DNA of 53,628 bases, the filler included, from Sluysia triapertura (lineage: Eukaryota), in assembly GCA_046118255.1 (NCBI GenBank). It is 4 parts of 4 records of this genome, joined end to end, with 100 filler letters (N's around TTAATTAATTAA, not from the genome) between each part and the next. Parts side by side here need not be neighbours in the genome. Positions count along the whole stretch, not along the records: positions 1 to 16,969 come from JBJNIA010194489.1; positions 17,070 to 30,603 come from JBJNIA010034044.1; 2 more parts are not named here. One strand, written 5' to 3'. Positions 11,401 through 23,815 of this stretch are shown one piece after another. Below the pieces are notes generated by a model that saw nothing but the letters and a program-made list of their open reading frames with translations, ran no database searches and had not been told where the DNA came from. The first letter of the stretch is position 1, and each line of letters begins with the position of its first letter. The position numbers and the translations under genes were made by a program.

Positions 11401-13249
11401 TAATAAAATTTAATACATAAATACGTTTCTTGCCTAAACAGTTTTTTAATTCAATTTTAACACAAATTATTGATGAACATAAGTACTGATAAAGTAAGAC
11501 ATTTCACTGAATAAAAGTAATAAACTGAATAAACTGTTTGAAATGAAATATGACTAACATCAACATAATTAGTTATTATAATATTGAGTGATTTTATTGT
11601 GGAATTTTGTAATTTGTAGAGTGTGATTCGTAATTTTTGTTGAATTTATAAGATAATGTATAAAATATAATTAATGTGAGTGATAATAAAATTACTGCAG
11701 ATGACTGAAACACCACATTTTCTAATGATTTTTCTTCTTTATTCAATGTGCCAGGGTTTCCAATAACTAATTATTATTCTTGTTATTGTTATTATTAACT
11801 AAATCAAAACGCAAATGCAAAGTTTTATTGCCGAACTGTCTTCAAGGTAAAAAAACTATTTTTATAATATCGAAAATTATTAAACTTAGTGCGAAGCCCT
11901 TTTAATAAGCTATATAATATCTTAAAAGCACTAAATCATTGGCAATTATATTATTTTCAACATATCATTTAGTCCTTAATCTTTACTTCAAGTTAAAACA
12001 AAAACTAATTTCAGAATTTCTTATAATACTTTTGTTAATTACAAAAATGTTCAATTTAAATAAAAATTCGAACAAACTATCGATTATTTGCTTTATTTCT
12101 TATAATTCTGATAAAACTTAGAAAATTTAAACTGAATTGATGATAAAAACTTTCTATCAATTATGAATATCGAAGAGTTGCCAATAAGTAATATTTTTCG
12201 ACAATAGTATTCCAAATGACAATTTCAACAATAACCGCAAAATAACAAAATATGGATTACCAAAATTTAAACAATAAACGTAAAACCACGTACCAAAAAT
12301 TGAACAGTTCAGGAACAATAATCGAAAATTAAGTAACTACCACATCACTTTTTTGTATTTTGGTCTCAGTCTTTTATATAAATTCAGTAGTTATTTATTT
12401 TTTGACAAATTTTAAAATTAATTAACATTAAGTAATTTTTATTTATTTTAAAACTCGTTTTATTTATTCTAATAATTAATATTTATATTTCGGTTATATT
12501 ACTCAGGTTATTTGTTTACCTATTAAAATTATTATATTATTTTTAATATTATTATCATTTATAATTTCAGATACCCAACAAATAATATTACATTATGCAT
12601 AAAATATACATCGGTATTATAAAATTTAATGTAATGTCAATAGTAATAAAGGATATGTGTCGTATTACATTATGTACTTATAACGTTGTAATACTTTATT
12701 CTACCATGTAATGTAATATTCGAAGAGGTGAAATTAATCTCACTTCCATCTCGAACACCTTCAGATTTTATAAAGAACTCGAAAATAATTTTGTCTAGTA
12801 TGATTAATACAATCAGTCACAGACGGAAAGATGTTCTATCTTAAATAGGAATAATAAAATGACTATTGAGAACAATGTCAGAGAAAACTGATTAAAAATA
12901 TGCACAATAGATAATTTTTGAATTAAAGCAAATAAAATAGACACAATAAAAAAGGAACAATAAATAATTATTTTGAAAGAAGCAAAATAAAATCAAAGCA
13001 AAAACTTGAAACAGTCGTCAACAGTTAGAAAATAATCATTGAATATTTTATATAGTAAAGGAGTAATCACGTCAATTTAAATTAATTGTGAGCTTTTCAT
13101 AATTAAAGAGCAAAATCATGAGTAAAATCATTTACATCTCTTTTAATTAATCTGTCAAAATCAAACTTGGTATTCGTTTTGTTATTGCTCATAATTCAAA
13201 AGCGAAATAAGAGCTTTAGAGACTGTAACTTTATGCTATTAAGTATCTA

Positions 13250-14390
13250 ATTTATTTTTGTGTTGTGGTTATCTAAAGAAAATGCTTGATAAGTGAAATT
13301 TCATCGTGCAGCCTTAAAAGCGAGCACAGTGGTTGTTTGGCGAGTTGTCAAGAATTATCTTACTTGGCGTTAATATAATATAAGTTGTTTTTCGCACATC
13401 GCTTCTTTCTCGATAGCTTTAAGAGCTTCGATTCGCTTATGTTCAATCATAGTTCGTTCTTCTATCCAAAAAGGTACCATTTAGTTTTGTTATTTCAAAA
13501 AGGAAGTTTACAAAGATGATCAAATGTTCAATAACTACAATTCCACAATTACATTAATAGCATTGTTGTTTTTTACTTTTCCACTAATTCCAGTAATTCC
13601 CAATTTACTCATATCAATTGCAACAGCAAAGTAACTGCCAAACTTGTTCACCGAATGGACTTTGAAAGCAATTAATCCAATTTCAAGAATATTATTTAAC
13701 AAACAAAACAATATAATCAAATTGGATAAACATTGGATAAACAGATCATCATACTTAGAAAATATAGCTTCTTCTACTTGAAAAAGTGTCATTTCACAGC
13801 TAGACCGTTTTGAAGTTGACATTTTAGAATTCCATACAACAGTAGCGTCCGGAAAATTATTTTTATATAAACAAAATGCAATTTTGATAGTGGGAAAATG
13901 TGTCACTGTTATTTAAATTATTATTATATTTACTGGGTTTATAATAATGAGGAACATAAGGGTTATAACTCATGTTTGAAAATGAAATAACCACCATTGA
14001 GAAATCAAGACAGAATATTATGATGACTTGTGATAAAATAAGTGTATAAAATATTTGATTCAAAATGAAAAAATGAAAGATATGAAGAATTAAATTGATG
14101 TTCATGAAGATACCAATTCAAATATGCGACGTAAAATTGACGCATAAGGTATTATACAAAAGATTTCTGTGAAAAATAAATTTATTTCATTATTTTTTTC
14201 CTTAATTTCAATTAATAAATTGCATTATTGATATAATAATTTGTGTAATTTATATTTCCTTAAGAGAAATAAAGACTTACGAATGTGTTAATCCGGACAC
14301 GAGAGCAAATCTTTAATTGAAAAATGGAATGTATTACAGAACGTTAAGCAGTATCATAGCCGATAGTTGAGTTCCACAAAAGCTTTATAA
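13250..14390 (-). pseudogene. Decayed spliced orphan gene
   Basis: ORFs 13535-13906 and 13863-14105; donor GTAAGT at ~14280; short terminal intron GTAAGA...TTTTAAG (~13314-13363) followed by AATAAA, the same 3' layout as the cassette genes. Confidence 0.35.
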
Positions 14391-15399
14391 CCAAAATTTC
14401 TTTTCAGCACAGAATTAATTTAAATTGACTCCTTAAATTCGAGTATTACTGATTAACTTTTAATAAAATTTTATGGTACTTAGAAATTTTTAATTAAAAC
14501 TGACAAATTGATTCCTTAAATTCACGTAACACGAATTGACTTTCTAATAACTAAATTTCCTTTTAATAAATAACTATTGTCCTTTTAATAACTAAATTTA
14601 TCTTTTATATTCTTTCCAACATTTAGCATTTAGTATTTTTACAGGTAATTAACTTTCATAAATTTTGATATAATAAATTATATAATATCAGATACATTTG
14701 GAACATCTGGTTGCTTGCTTATTATCTATTATCATCAGTAACTATTTATCATTTTTTAAATTTCAGTTCTCAATTATCCTGTTATATTAGTTTATTATTA
14801 TTATTACTACTACTACTACAATTCTTATTATTTATTTTTTATTATTTTAGATTATTGTTCAAACGTCCAGATTTCTGACTCTGACATTATTATTTTATTA
14901 TTATTCATTAATATCCTACTTACATTTATATGTTTGACATTATTATTTTATTCTTATTGCAATATTATTATTAATTATTATTATTTTATTAATATTATCA
15001 TTGTTTTATAACTATTATTACTTCATGATAATTATAGTTTATTTTGGCATGACAGAAAGATGCCATTATTATTTTTCAGTAAAACAGTTTTATTAATTTT
15101 CCGAATAACCAATTTTTAAGAAAATAATAAACATTTTTATTATTTAATTTTGGATTTACTTCATCAAATAAATTAAATACACATAAGTTTTATCGATTTG
15201 GGTTGTTGACATAGTTGTAGTTCTTTTGATTGTCTTATTTATTGTTAAATTTGACTGAGCCGTACTAAATTTGCAAAAAACAAGTGATTATCTCGAGATT
15301 TTCATTCGATTGAAGTGTAATTTGCCATTTTACTAATTTAATCAAATGTGGGTAAGATACTGGATCAAATAATAATATTATTAATTATAATGCATTAGA

Positions 15400-16830
15400 A
15401 ATTAATGTTACAACAAGCTGTTATACGATTATTGATGACTCAAATATTGAATTTAATGGAATAATACAATGTCAATTAACAATTTTAGATGTAGACTTGT
15501 TTGTAACAACATTGGTATGGGACAGATGTATTATATGGAAGATTAGGATTTCTTAAAATACCATTAGGAGCGCACATAGTTATACCACAACAAAACCAAT
15601 TAAGAACAGAATTATCACATTATCACAATTCACCAAGACCGCCAACACCAACTCCAAATTGGGAAAATCTCGATTTGTGGGATTTACAATCACTCCATCT
15701 GGTGTAGAAACGTACAATAGTAATAATGATAGTAGTAATAGCATCAGCATAATGTTTATAAAATGAATTCAAAGTAATAAATTGCCTTACATAATAACTT
15801 GTATATTATTAGTTATTCAATTAATGATAATGGTAACATCATCTTCATCAAATAAAACAGAATATACTGATACTAGGAAGGAAATTTTCTTATCAAATAC
15901 TTTTAACCGATTTTTGACAGTAGAAATTGATAATAAAAATGAAGTCCCTAATTATAACTTGGATATATATTGCACATATTTCCAATCATTATCAATAAAG
16001 AAACCTTCAATAATAGACAATATTTTTAAATGCGAACATTCAATTTATTTTACTACAATTATAGGATTTTCATTTCATAATAAATCAATAACCATTAATA
16101 ACGGCAATAAGTACGATAATCAATATCACTAGTAAATTGAGTAACAATAAAATAACTAAAAATGTCAAGAAAAATAAATTAGATATAGAAATGCCTTTAT
16201 AATAGCACTTTTAGTATTTACAATAATATAAATGTTATTTACCGTTTATTACATAATTACTTGCAATAGAATTATGAGTTAATTATATGAAGCAAAATAT
16301 GATGTTGCTTACTTTAATAACATTGATTTCAATTACATATGCATCTCAAAGAATTTATAGATCAAAATATTTTGACTTTTACAAATTAAAATGATAAAAA
16401 CAATATTAAAGCACGTTATATATGCATTAGTCCAGCGAGACTCAATTTTAGTATATGGAAAATATACAAACACGTTATACCTAATACGGAAAACCTTAAA
16501 CGATTTACTTTCTGAAGATAGACATATTAATATTTATAAAAAATCAAACCAAAGTTATTAAACTCCATTTTGCAATTCCTCACAATATCCAGCAAAAAGC
16601 ACATTCTGCACAGACTATTCTTGCAATATTTTTCATTTTGACAGGCCTATTAAAAATATAAACTTAAACTTAAAGTCAGAACACAAAAAACACAAGAGAT
16701 ACTCTCCTGAATGACTTAGATGATATTGACAATGGATGTGGAGTAGTGGGATCCAGCTTACAAGATGAATACTACAACTGCAGCGATTCTTTGGACTATG
16801 TATTTGATTTATTAGAGTGACAGGAACTAA
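15400..16830 (+). pseudogene. Decayed orphan gene region with a CCCH-like motif (U5)
   Basis: Y*TPFCNSSQYPAKSTFCTDYSCNIFH at 16556-16636 (C-x11-C-x4-C-x3-H preceded by a YKT-like lead-in); other coding-like fragments at 15517-15708, 15782-16132 and an acidic tail at ~16710-16820. Confidence 0.4.
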
Positions 16831-16912
16831 CGAAATTAGAGACTAATTTTCCCAAGCGAAAATTATTTGTAGTAATGTAGTGATATATTTTGACATACAC
16901 TTATTTGATATA

Positions 16913-16964
<52 letters not shown>

Positions 16965-16969
16965 TATAT

Positions 16970-17069
16970 NNNNNNNNNNNNNNNNNNNNNNNNNNNNNNN
17001 NNNNNNNNNNNNNTTAATTAATTAANNNNNNNNNNNNNNNNNNNNNNNNNNNNNNNNNNNNNNNNNNNN
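16970..17069. other. Assembly gap with artificial TTAATTAATTAA linker, preceded by (ATT)n
   Basis: 100-bp N block with a central six-frame-stop linker; identical blocks at 30604-30703 and 42309-42408. Confidence 0.95.
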
Positions 17070-18269
17070 TATATATCTACCGAGAAATTGCATAAAAAGA
17101 TCGTTATTATTTTAATAACTTTTATTTTTGTAATATTAAACACCAAATATTTTTTTTAACAAATAGCGATTAATTAAATATTTTCCAATATTAAATATTT
17201 ATATATGATCAATTGTCATACTTAATAAATTATAACATAATTAAGAGTGGTAATTAAAAGTAAATTTGTCAAAATACTAACGTAATTTTGAAATTATTAT
17301 GGTGTCATACGTGAGAAAGTATGCTATACAAATTACATTGGTGAAATTTAACTGTACAAACAGTTGTAAGAGTCACTTTTTAAATGAAATGTGATTGGTT
17401 GTATCAGTTGATTAACTGTAGTGACATTTATTATGCAACAAGTAAATTTCGTATTTAAAATTTGAATGTTGTCAATGACAACTTGGAATGCATTTGAAAA
17501 TTGAATTGTAGTATTTAATGACATTGTGTTTTTTTGGTTTAGATAATTACTAGTTCAGTTCCATAATTAAATTGCTATTTGGATATAAAGTAATTTGATA
17601 ATAATTAGTAAGTTTTATTACTTTTTATTATGTAATTTTTGTATTTTAATTGGTCACTAATTTAGTTACCTTTTTTATAAATATTTCGAGCATTCAAAAT
17701 AATTAAAATCATATTTACAAATTGCATAATAAGTTTTTGATATTTGTAAAGCTTATGAAAGAGTAAAGTACAATTTCCTTAAGTTAATCAGTTTTTAAAG
17801 TTATAAAAGGCCTGAAATTTTTTGATTTTGCTTTCTCGAGTAAATATATCTTAATGTTAAACAAATACAAGATGTTCAGTTATTTATATATAAATTTTAT
17901 ATATAATTTTGGTTGAAACTGAATACAAGGCTTATTGTTTTAATTGCTCTAACTGTTTATCAGTTATACAATAAAGTTTTATTGTATTTAAATTATATTT
18001 AATCCTTATTTTCTTTGTAATTTTAGATTTTGATAGATACGTTTTATTTAGTATTTGCATTAATGTTACATACGTTCATTGTAAAATCTTTAATGTTTGA
18101 CAAAAGGTAGCTACAATTTTATTAAATCCTAAATTAGGAATTATTTTCAATAATTATTTAATCTAATTAAAAGATCTTCATTTAGTTTTAGAAATGTCGA
18201 TAATGCTATTTCAATTTTAAATGCTGTGTTATAGATTATGAAAACTTTATTTAAATTTAGAATACTAAA

Positions 18270-18359
18270 ATGAGTGGAGTTTATACAAGACGTTTTTTTC
18301 ATCTTCATAAACCAGAAGCATCTTTAAGTAGTCGATTTGGAGGTGTACCAGCTCTTATG
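18270..18359 (+). CDS. Uncharacterised EF-hand-like protein, first coding exon
   Basis: ATG...MSGVYTRRFFHLHKPEASLSSRFGGVPALM, donor GTAGGT; 43-nt intron to TTACAG. Confidence 0.65.
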
Positions 18360-18402
18360 GTAGGTAATATAGAATACGATGATATTTTATGATACCTTAC
18401 AG

Positions 18403-18502
18403 GAAAGAGAACCATCACCAATGCCATCGACAATTCGTCGGAGTACTCCACATTCGTTAAATCCATATATCGTACTTCCTCCGATTAGTTATCGAAAATT
18501 TG
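18403..18502 (+). CDS. Uncharacterised EF-hand-like protein, exon 2
   Basis: EREPSPMPSTIRRSTPHSLNPYIVLPPISYRKF, phase-1 donor G|GTTAGA that joins in frame to 26088. Confidence 0.65.
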
Positions 18503-18589
18503 GTTAGAAATTATGAATTTTATGACTAACACATCCAAAAAATACAATATTAATATTAGCTTTATTCCATTGTGCTGCGGCTTTTCAAA

Positions 18590-19055
18590 TATTTACCTAC
18601 GGAAAAATATTTTTGAGCAGGGTCTGGTTACAGTAAACGTCTTATGTTGTGCAGAGGGTGTTTCTGTAACTATATAAGCTAATATTTTATCTGAATAGAA
18701 ATACTCCTTAATTGTGGTCTTATCGAATGCTCAAAATTTTAATAATTTACTCTGCAACTTTCAATAATTAAATAGAAATAAAAATAATAACTTTATTATA
18801 CAAAATACTAAAGCTTTATAGCAATAAAAATACTAAAGATGATAAAAACAGTATTTTAAAGATTAAAGCTCCAATAGTACTTAATCTATTGTCTGTATTA
18901 TTTTAAGTATATATTAACATCTATACGTCGAGGATTTAATAATTAAATTTTACTGAATATTTAAGTAAAATTTTAAAATTTCAACTTCGAAGGTTGATAC
19001 TAGTTTATATACTAGTCATCAGCCGATAGGAATCGATGGAAGCTTCTATTGCATT
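18590..19055 (-). repeat. Interspersed repeat family X, inverted partial copy
   Basis: 18615-18675 is the approximate reverse complement of 23715-23775; 19005-19050 of 23120-23170. Confidence 0.75.
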
Positions 19056-19059
19056 TTTA

Positions 19060-20905
19060 ATTTATAATTGTTTTATTAATGTGGTTTAATTTATTGTACA
19101 GAATTAAAATTATTAAATTGAAATTGTTTGTTATTAAAATTTTATTTACTTTATTAAATATTGTTATTAAAATATGAACTTGAAAATTACGATTAAGTTT
19201 CATTGTTATCTTCATTAAATAAATTGTTTTAAATTCACTTAGAAAAAATAACAAGTCGCACAAAACATTGAACTTACTTATATTAATTAAACTACGAGTT
19301 ATAAATTTGACACCAATTATCTTCCGAATACGATTAATTTAAGATCAGTAAAGTAATATTTAAATTTTACTTTTATGTTATCTGGTACCACTCGATCGTA
19401 TTGTAGATTTGTGTGACTGTTATTGAGCATGTCGAATTGTTCCATATAAGTATATTGTACTGGAGAAGTACTTAAAATTGATAACAGCTTGTCTATTCTG
19501 TTGAGATGTAGGATAGCATCTGTTGAATTATTTCCAAACTTTTGGAGTTCGTCAGCTGTGTGGTAATATTTGCGTCTTGTGACATATCTTGAGCATTCTC
19601 CGGTTAGTGTTGTTATGTACGGACATAGGGCCGTCTTATAATGTTTGTTGAAATCTGCTAGAGTTGACATCTTTGTGCATTGCAATTTGTTACCAGACTA
19701 CGATGAATTGAAACGAATAATTTCCGAATTGATGTTTGAAGTTTTTGATTGTATTGAGCACAGTTTATTTGTCATAACAAATAAATCAACATCTACTAAT
19801 AGATTGATAGGCATAAGCATAAATAGTTTTATTTAATCTCCAGATATTGTCATATATCTTTATCAATCTGTTTCATTATATAAAGCTAGCTAATCAAGTG
19901 ATAAACTAAATGGTAAAATAAGTCTGTTCATGATTGGACGACCAATAGAATTATATATTGCTAAATGTGTATTTGTACTCAATGAGACGGTGAGTATGTA
20001 TGCCCACAATCAAACTTCCATTATTCGACTGTCGGCATTTGACAGTAAATATTATCGACACAGTCTTGTTTAATTAAGCTATCAATCACTGGCAGTTACT
20101 AAGATGTGTTCAATGTTAATATTAAATTATTGATATTAACATGATAATAATTAAATAGTAATACTAATAATAATACTGATAATAGCAATAATAAAAATGG
20201 TTAAAATGATAATAATAATAATAGTAATAATGAATAAAATAAAATAATAATAACAAAATAAAAACATAAACCTCTTTAATATCGTCTAAACACAATCTTT
20301 CTTTTAATTTTATTTACTATTTTCTTAACACATTATGAAATGAAATCCTTGAGAATCATAAATGATGTTCTTTTATCTTTGTTGATTATCTGGATACTTG
20401 GTTTCCTTCTTTATGCTTTTCGAATTATAAGTTGTAAATAAGATTGTGGTTTGGATATTAAAAGATTGTGGATTAAAAATGTTTTAAGATATTAAAAATG
20501 ATTTTAGTAAATCTAAAAGAAATGAAATACAGCAACGGTTTTGATACGTTCTAAAAGGTAGTTATACAATGTTAACAAATGTCCTTATGATTGTACTGTT
20601 ATGTAACTATGAATAAAATGTTTTTAATGAATTTTTAAAAGTCTGTTATTAATCTGAAAGTGAATGTAATGTTAATGTTATGAAGTATGAAATAGAAATG
20701 TTTTGAGAAGGTTAGGATACGGTTTTTGTGGAAGTAAAGGAAGTGAGATATGAAAAGGTTTAGATGAAAGAATAATTAAAATGTTATGGAATGTGATTTT
20801 TTGTGACGTGTGTTGAATTAAGTTTGCAATATTTTGAATTAACCTTTTAAGTAAATCATTGATGATTTTCCGTATTAAATGTAAATTTGATGTTACGTAA
20901 TTTTA
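19060..20905 (-). mobile_element. TGTGGTGG-family cassette (U6), first ~90 nt missing, with CCCH cargo gene
   Basis: Leader 20600-20905 (minus) aligns closely to 26985-27170; boxes 20079-20095 and 20029-20045; TGATTGGACGACCAAT at 19931-19946; finger YKTALCPYITTLTGECSRYVTRRKYYH (19560-19640, third Cys mutated to Arg); candidate phase-0 intron 19321-19370. Confidence 0.8.
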
Positions 20906-21191
20906 AGTTTCAAAAGTATAGGACGCATTATGCAAACTTTTTATTTAAGGGACTATACAACAAATTTTGAATATAAAGTTTTAAAATAGCAAAGGTAATT
21001 AATTCTGATATGGAATTGTTGAGCAAGTTTGCCACACTTCTCAAATGTGAAGTCACAAAAAGGCGACCCTCGTGTAAATTCAAAGCTGCGAATTATACCG
21101 AATTCAATTTTCCTGGATACTTGATAATTTATGTCAGTTCTGCTTGAAACTCGACAATAATCGGTGTAATTCTTGCTTACCTTGTCGTATA

Positions 21192-21668
21192 CAGTGGTGG
21201 CCAAGTTATTAGACTAAAGACCGTTTTTCAAGGATACTATGAAACTATTAATCAAAAGTATATAAAAATATTGTCACGAAAAATGTAAAATGTTGGAAAA
21301 TAACTACTTTCTCCAAAAAATTCTGCTGAAAGTAAAATAATAGATTAAAATACTGAGATCCAAAACATACGGAAATTTTATTCATGTAGCATGATACTAC
21401 AAATCAAATACGTACAAACTGTTGTATATCAGTACTTTGTTTACCCTCCTTTGTTATCCAATAGTTTCCTGATCCTTAAAGGCGCATGCCATGGATGAGC
21501 TTCTCGCCATCTTAATGCCATACTTTTATCAGGGTTTCAATAAGTTTATGGGTAGAAACTTTCCTTTTGACAATCGCCCACAGATTTTCTATGGGATTCC
21601 AGGCCAGGGTAGCAGCTTAACACCATAAACACATTTTTCTGTTTAGTCTAATAATTTGGCCACCACTG
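21192..21668 (-). mobile_element. Internally deleted Tc1 element
   Basis: TA|CAGTGGTGGCCAAGTTATTAGACTAAA ... TTTAGTCTAATAATTTGGCCACCACTG|TA; minus-strand remnant GVKLLPWPG/NPIENLWAIVKRKV; second copy at 51766-52210. Confidence 0.92.
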
Positions 21669-22378
21669 TAACACTGTTACCTTGATCTTATGTTCTTAGT
21701 GTTATAAAATAATTCTGCTTTTAAATCTACATAAAACCGTAATAGATTGGAAAATTCTGAAACAATTTTCTTTAATTTGATTAAATACTTCATTAAACGT
21801 TTATTTAAATGGTAGTAACTGATTCAGATGTGTTGTCGACGAAGTTTCGGGCACTATCTTGAAGCATATCTTCACTTAGAGGCATATCTTCGAATCGATC
21901 TCTTTGAGTGGAACTTTTATAGACTTTCTAAATCGCTTTCTTAAGTCTACTTCATCAGCAAAATTCTTGTCCAATAACAATTTCTTTAACATTCTTCAGT
22001 TTCTTTCTATATTCCTCTTTACAAACTCAGTACATTCACTTTCAGTTTCGTTCATCCACTCATGACAATCATCAAATATGCACTTTTAATATAATTCAAT
22101 TTAGTGCATTATCTTTCAATTATTTTATTTACTAAACTGAGTAAATACGGAACAAGAAGCAGCAGATTTATTTTCCATATACAAATTAATAAAAACCTTT
22201 TGAAAATCAATTTACAATTCACACAATTTTCTCTTGCATAAAACAATGAAACATTTGTGAATTAATACTTGAAATATTTCTATCAAAAGCAACGGATATT
22301 GTTGTATCCTTGGTTATATTACGTCCGAAATAATTTGCTTATAGAATACAGTAGTTTAAGATATTATTAGAAACAGTT

Positions 22379-22522
22379 NNNNNNNNNNNNNNNNNNNNNN
22401 NNNNNNNNNNNNNNNNNNNNNNNNNNNNNNNNNNNNNNNNNNNNNNNNNNNNNNNNNNNNNNNNNNNNNNNNNNNNNNNNNNNNNNNNNNNNNNNNNNNN
22501 NNNNNNNNNNNNNNNNNNNNNN
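22379..22522. other. Assembly gap
   Basis: Run of 144 N. Confidence 0.95.
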
Positions 22523-22658
22523 TTAATTATAATAATAATAATGATAAAACAAAAGTTTTATTTTATTAAAGTAATGATGATTATCAATAATCAATAATCA
22601 GATCCATACCTAACTTGAAATAATATCACATTTCACTAAGAACTTTATATTAGTATTG

Positions 22659-23815
22659 TAGGTTGTCATCACAACCCTCTAAAATCATGTAAAATGTTAT
22701 TAACCCATTCCCTGTTTATTTATTTTTCAAGGGCATGGTTGAAAACTAGGTATTTTTTTATTAGTGAAAATGCGAAGACAAAATAATTTTCTTCTAATAG
22801 AAAAACAAATAAAACTAGACAAACAAGGTAATAAAACATAGAATGTAATATTAAATAATAACAAAAGAAGTGTATAAAGATATTTCCGACGTCGTTTTAT
22901 AAATATTACGAAGATTACACTTATTTTTTCGTTTGATTGTTTTGGTCCGTATATGTACAGGATTTTATGCTCTGGTCAGTTTTAGTTCCCCCGTAAATAT
23001 ACGGAATAAACAGGGAAGGGGTTAAAACACTCTAAAAAACATTTAAATCACTTTAAAAATATTTATTTTCCAAAAAGGAAATTATTTTTCGAAAAAGAAA
23101 ATTTGCTTCTAAAAATAGAATAGAAGCTTCTATAATGTTCATCGATTTCTATTGGTTGATGACTAGTATATTAATTTAGCATCAGTTTAATTTAGTAGCC
23201 ATTTCTTAATCACCATTTTGGATTTGGCTACAATTTGATTTATAAATTTTCACCGAGGAAAAAACGATTTATCATGCAATTAAATAATCAATTTTTAATT
23301 GGCTATCCTCGTCAAATCATTCAGCGTTATTAATATCATTTATTAGTAGGGCATTTTAGGAAAACAAGCTGAATTTGATTTATCATTCTCGCAAAGATTT
23401 AGCAAGTTACATTTCTATAAGTTCTTTCAATCATACAGATTGGAATAATATAATCATACGGAAAATCATTTATTTAACTTTGTTTAACTCTACCTTCTGA
23501 GGGTAAATTTTATATTCAACTTATATTATAAAAAGAGAAAATTAAAGATCCTTTGTGATTTTAATTGTTATTTCTATTTGATTACACTCTTTCATTTCAT
23601 TAATATTCAGTTTATACCATAAAAGAAGATGATTGTTTAATAAAACCGTCATAAAACATTACAATTATTAAATAATTAACGACTCTCAGTCATTTTATGT
23701 CAAAATTTGCTTATTATAGTTACAGGAACACCCTCTTTACGACATAAGACGTTTACTGTAACTGGATCCTGCTCAATTTTTTATTTTGCCGTAGATTTAG
23801 ATTTAAGAAAACTAT
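22659..23815 (+). repeat. Interspersed repeat family X (probable non-autonomous DNA element)
   Basis: TAGGTTGTCATCACAACCCTCTAAAATCAT and GCTTCTAAAAATAGAAT...GATGACT blocks shared with 50026-50225 and, inverted, 18590-19055. Confidence 0.7.
22704..23021. mobile_element. piggyBac-like MITE inserted in family X
   Basis: TTAA|CCCATTCCCTGTTTATT ... AATAAACAGGGAAGGGG|TTAA; absent from the family X copy at 50 kb. Confidence 0.85.

Larger units (their letters stand above)
8317..11717. mobile_element. Most complete TGTGGTGG-family element (U4): 3.4 kb, 7-bp inverted termini, two convergent spliced orphan genes
   Basis: Starts TGTGGTG(GCCAAC) at 8317, ends CACCACA at 11711-11717; G-poor leader reading inward from each end; palindromic boxes 8955-8971 and 9007-9023; no TSD seen. 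Confidence 0.6.

Noticed and set aside
12337-12344. CTACCACA as alternative right end of U4, with flank TCACT resembling the left flank TCATC
   Set aside because: Terminus and TSD both imperfect, and no inward G-poor leader; 11717 fits better, though neither is proven.
17014-17025. TTAATTAATTAA motif within N runs (three times)
   Set aside because: Artificial six-frame-stop scaffolding linker, not biology.
21192-21204. GTGGTGGCCAA resembling the cassette terminus
   Set aside because: It is CAGTGGTGGCCAA, the TA-flanked TIR of a Tc1 element with transposase remnants; the resemblance appears coincidental.
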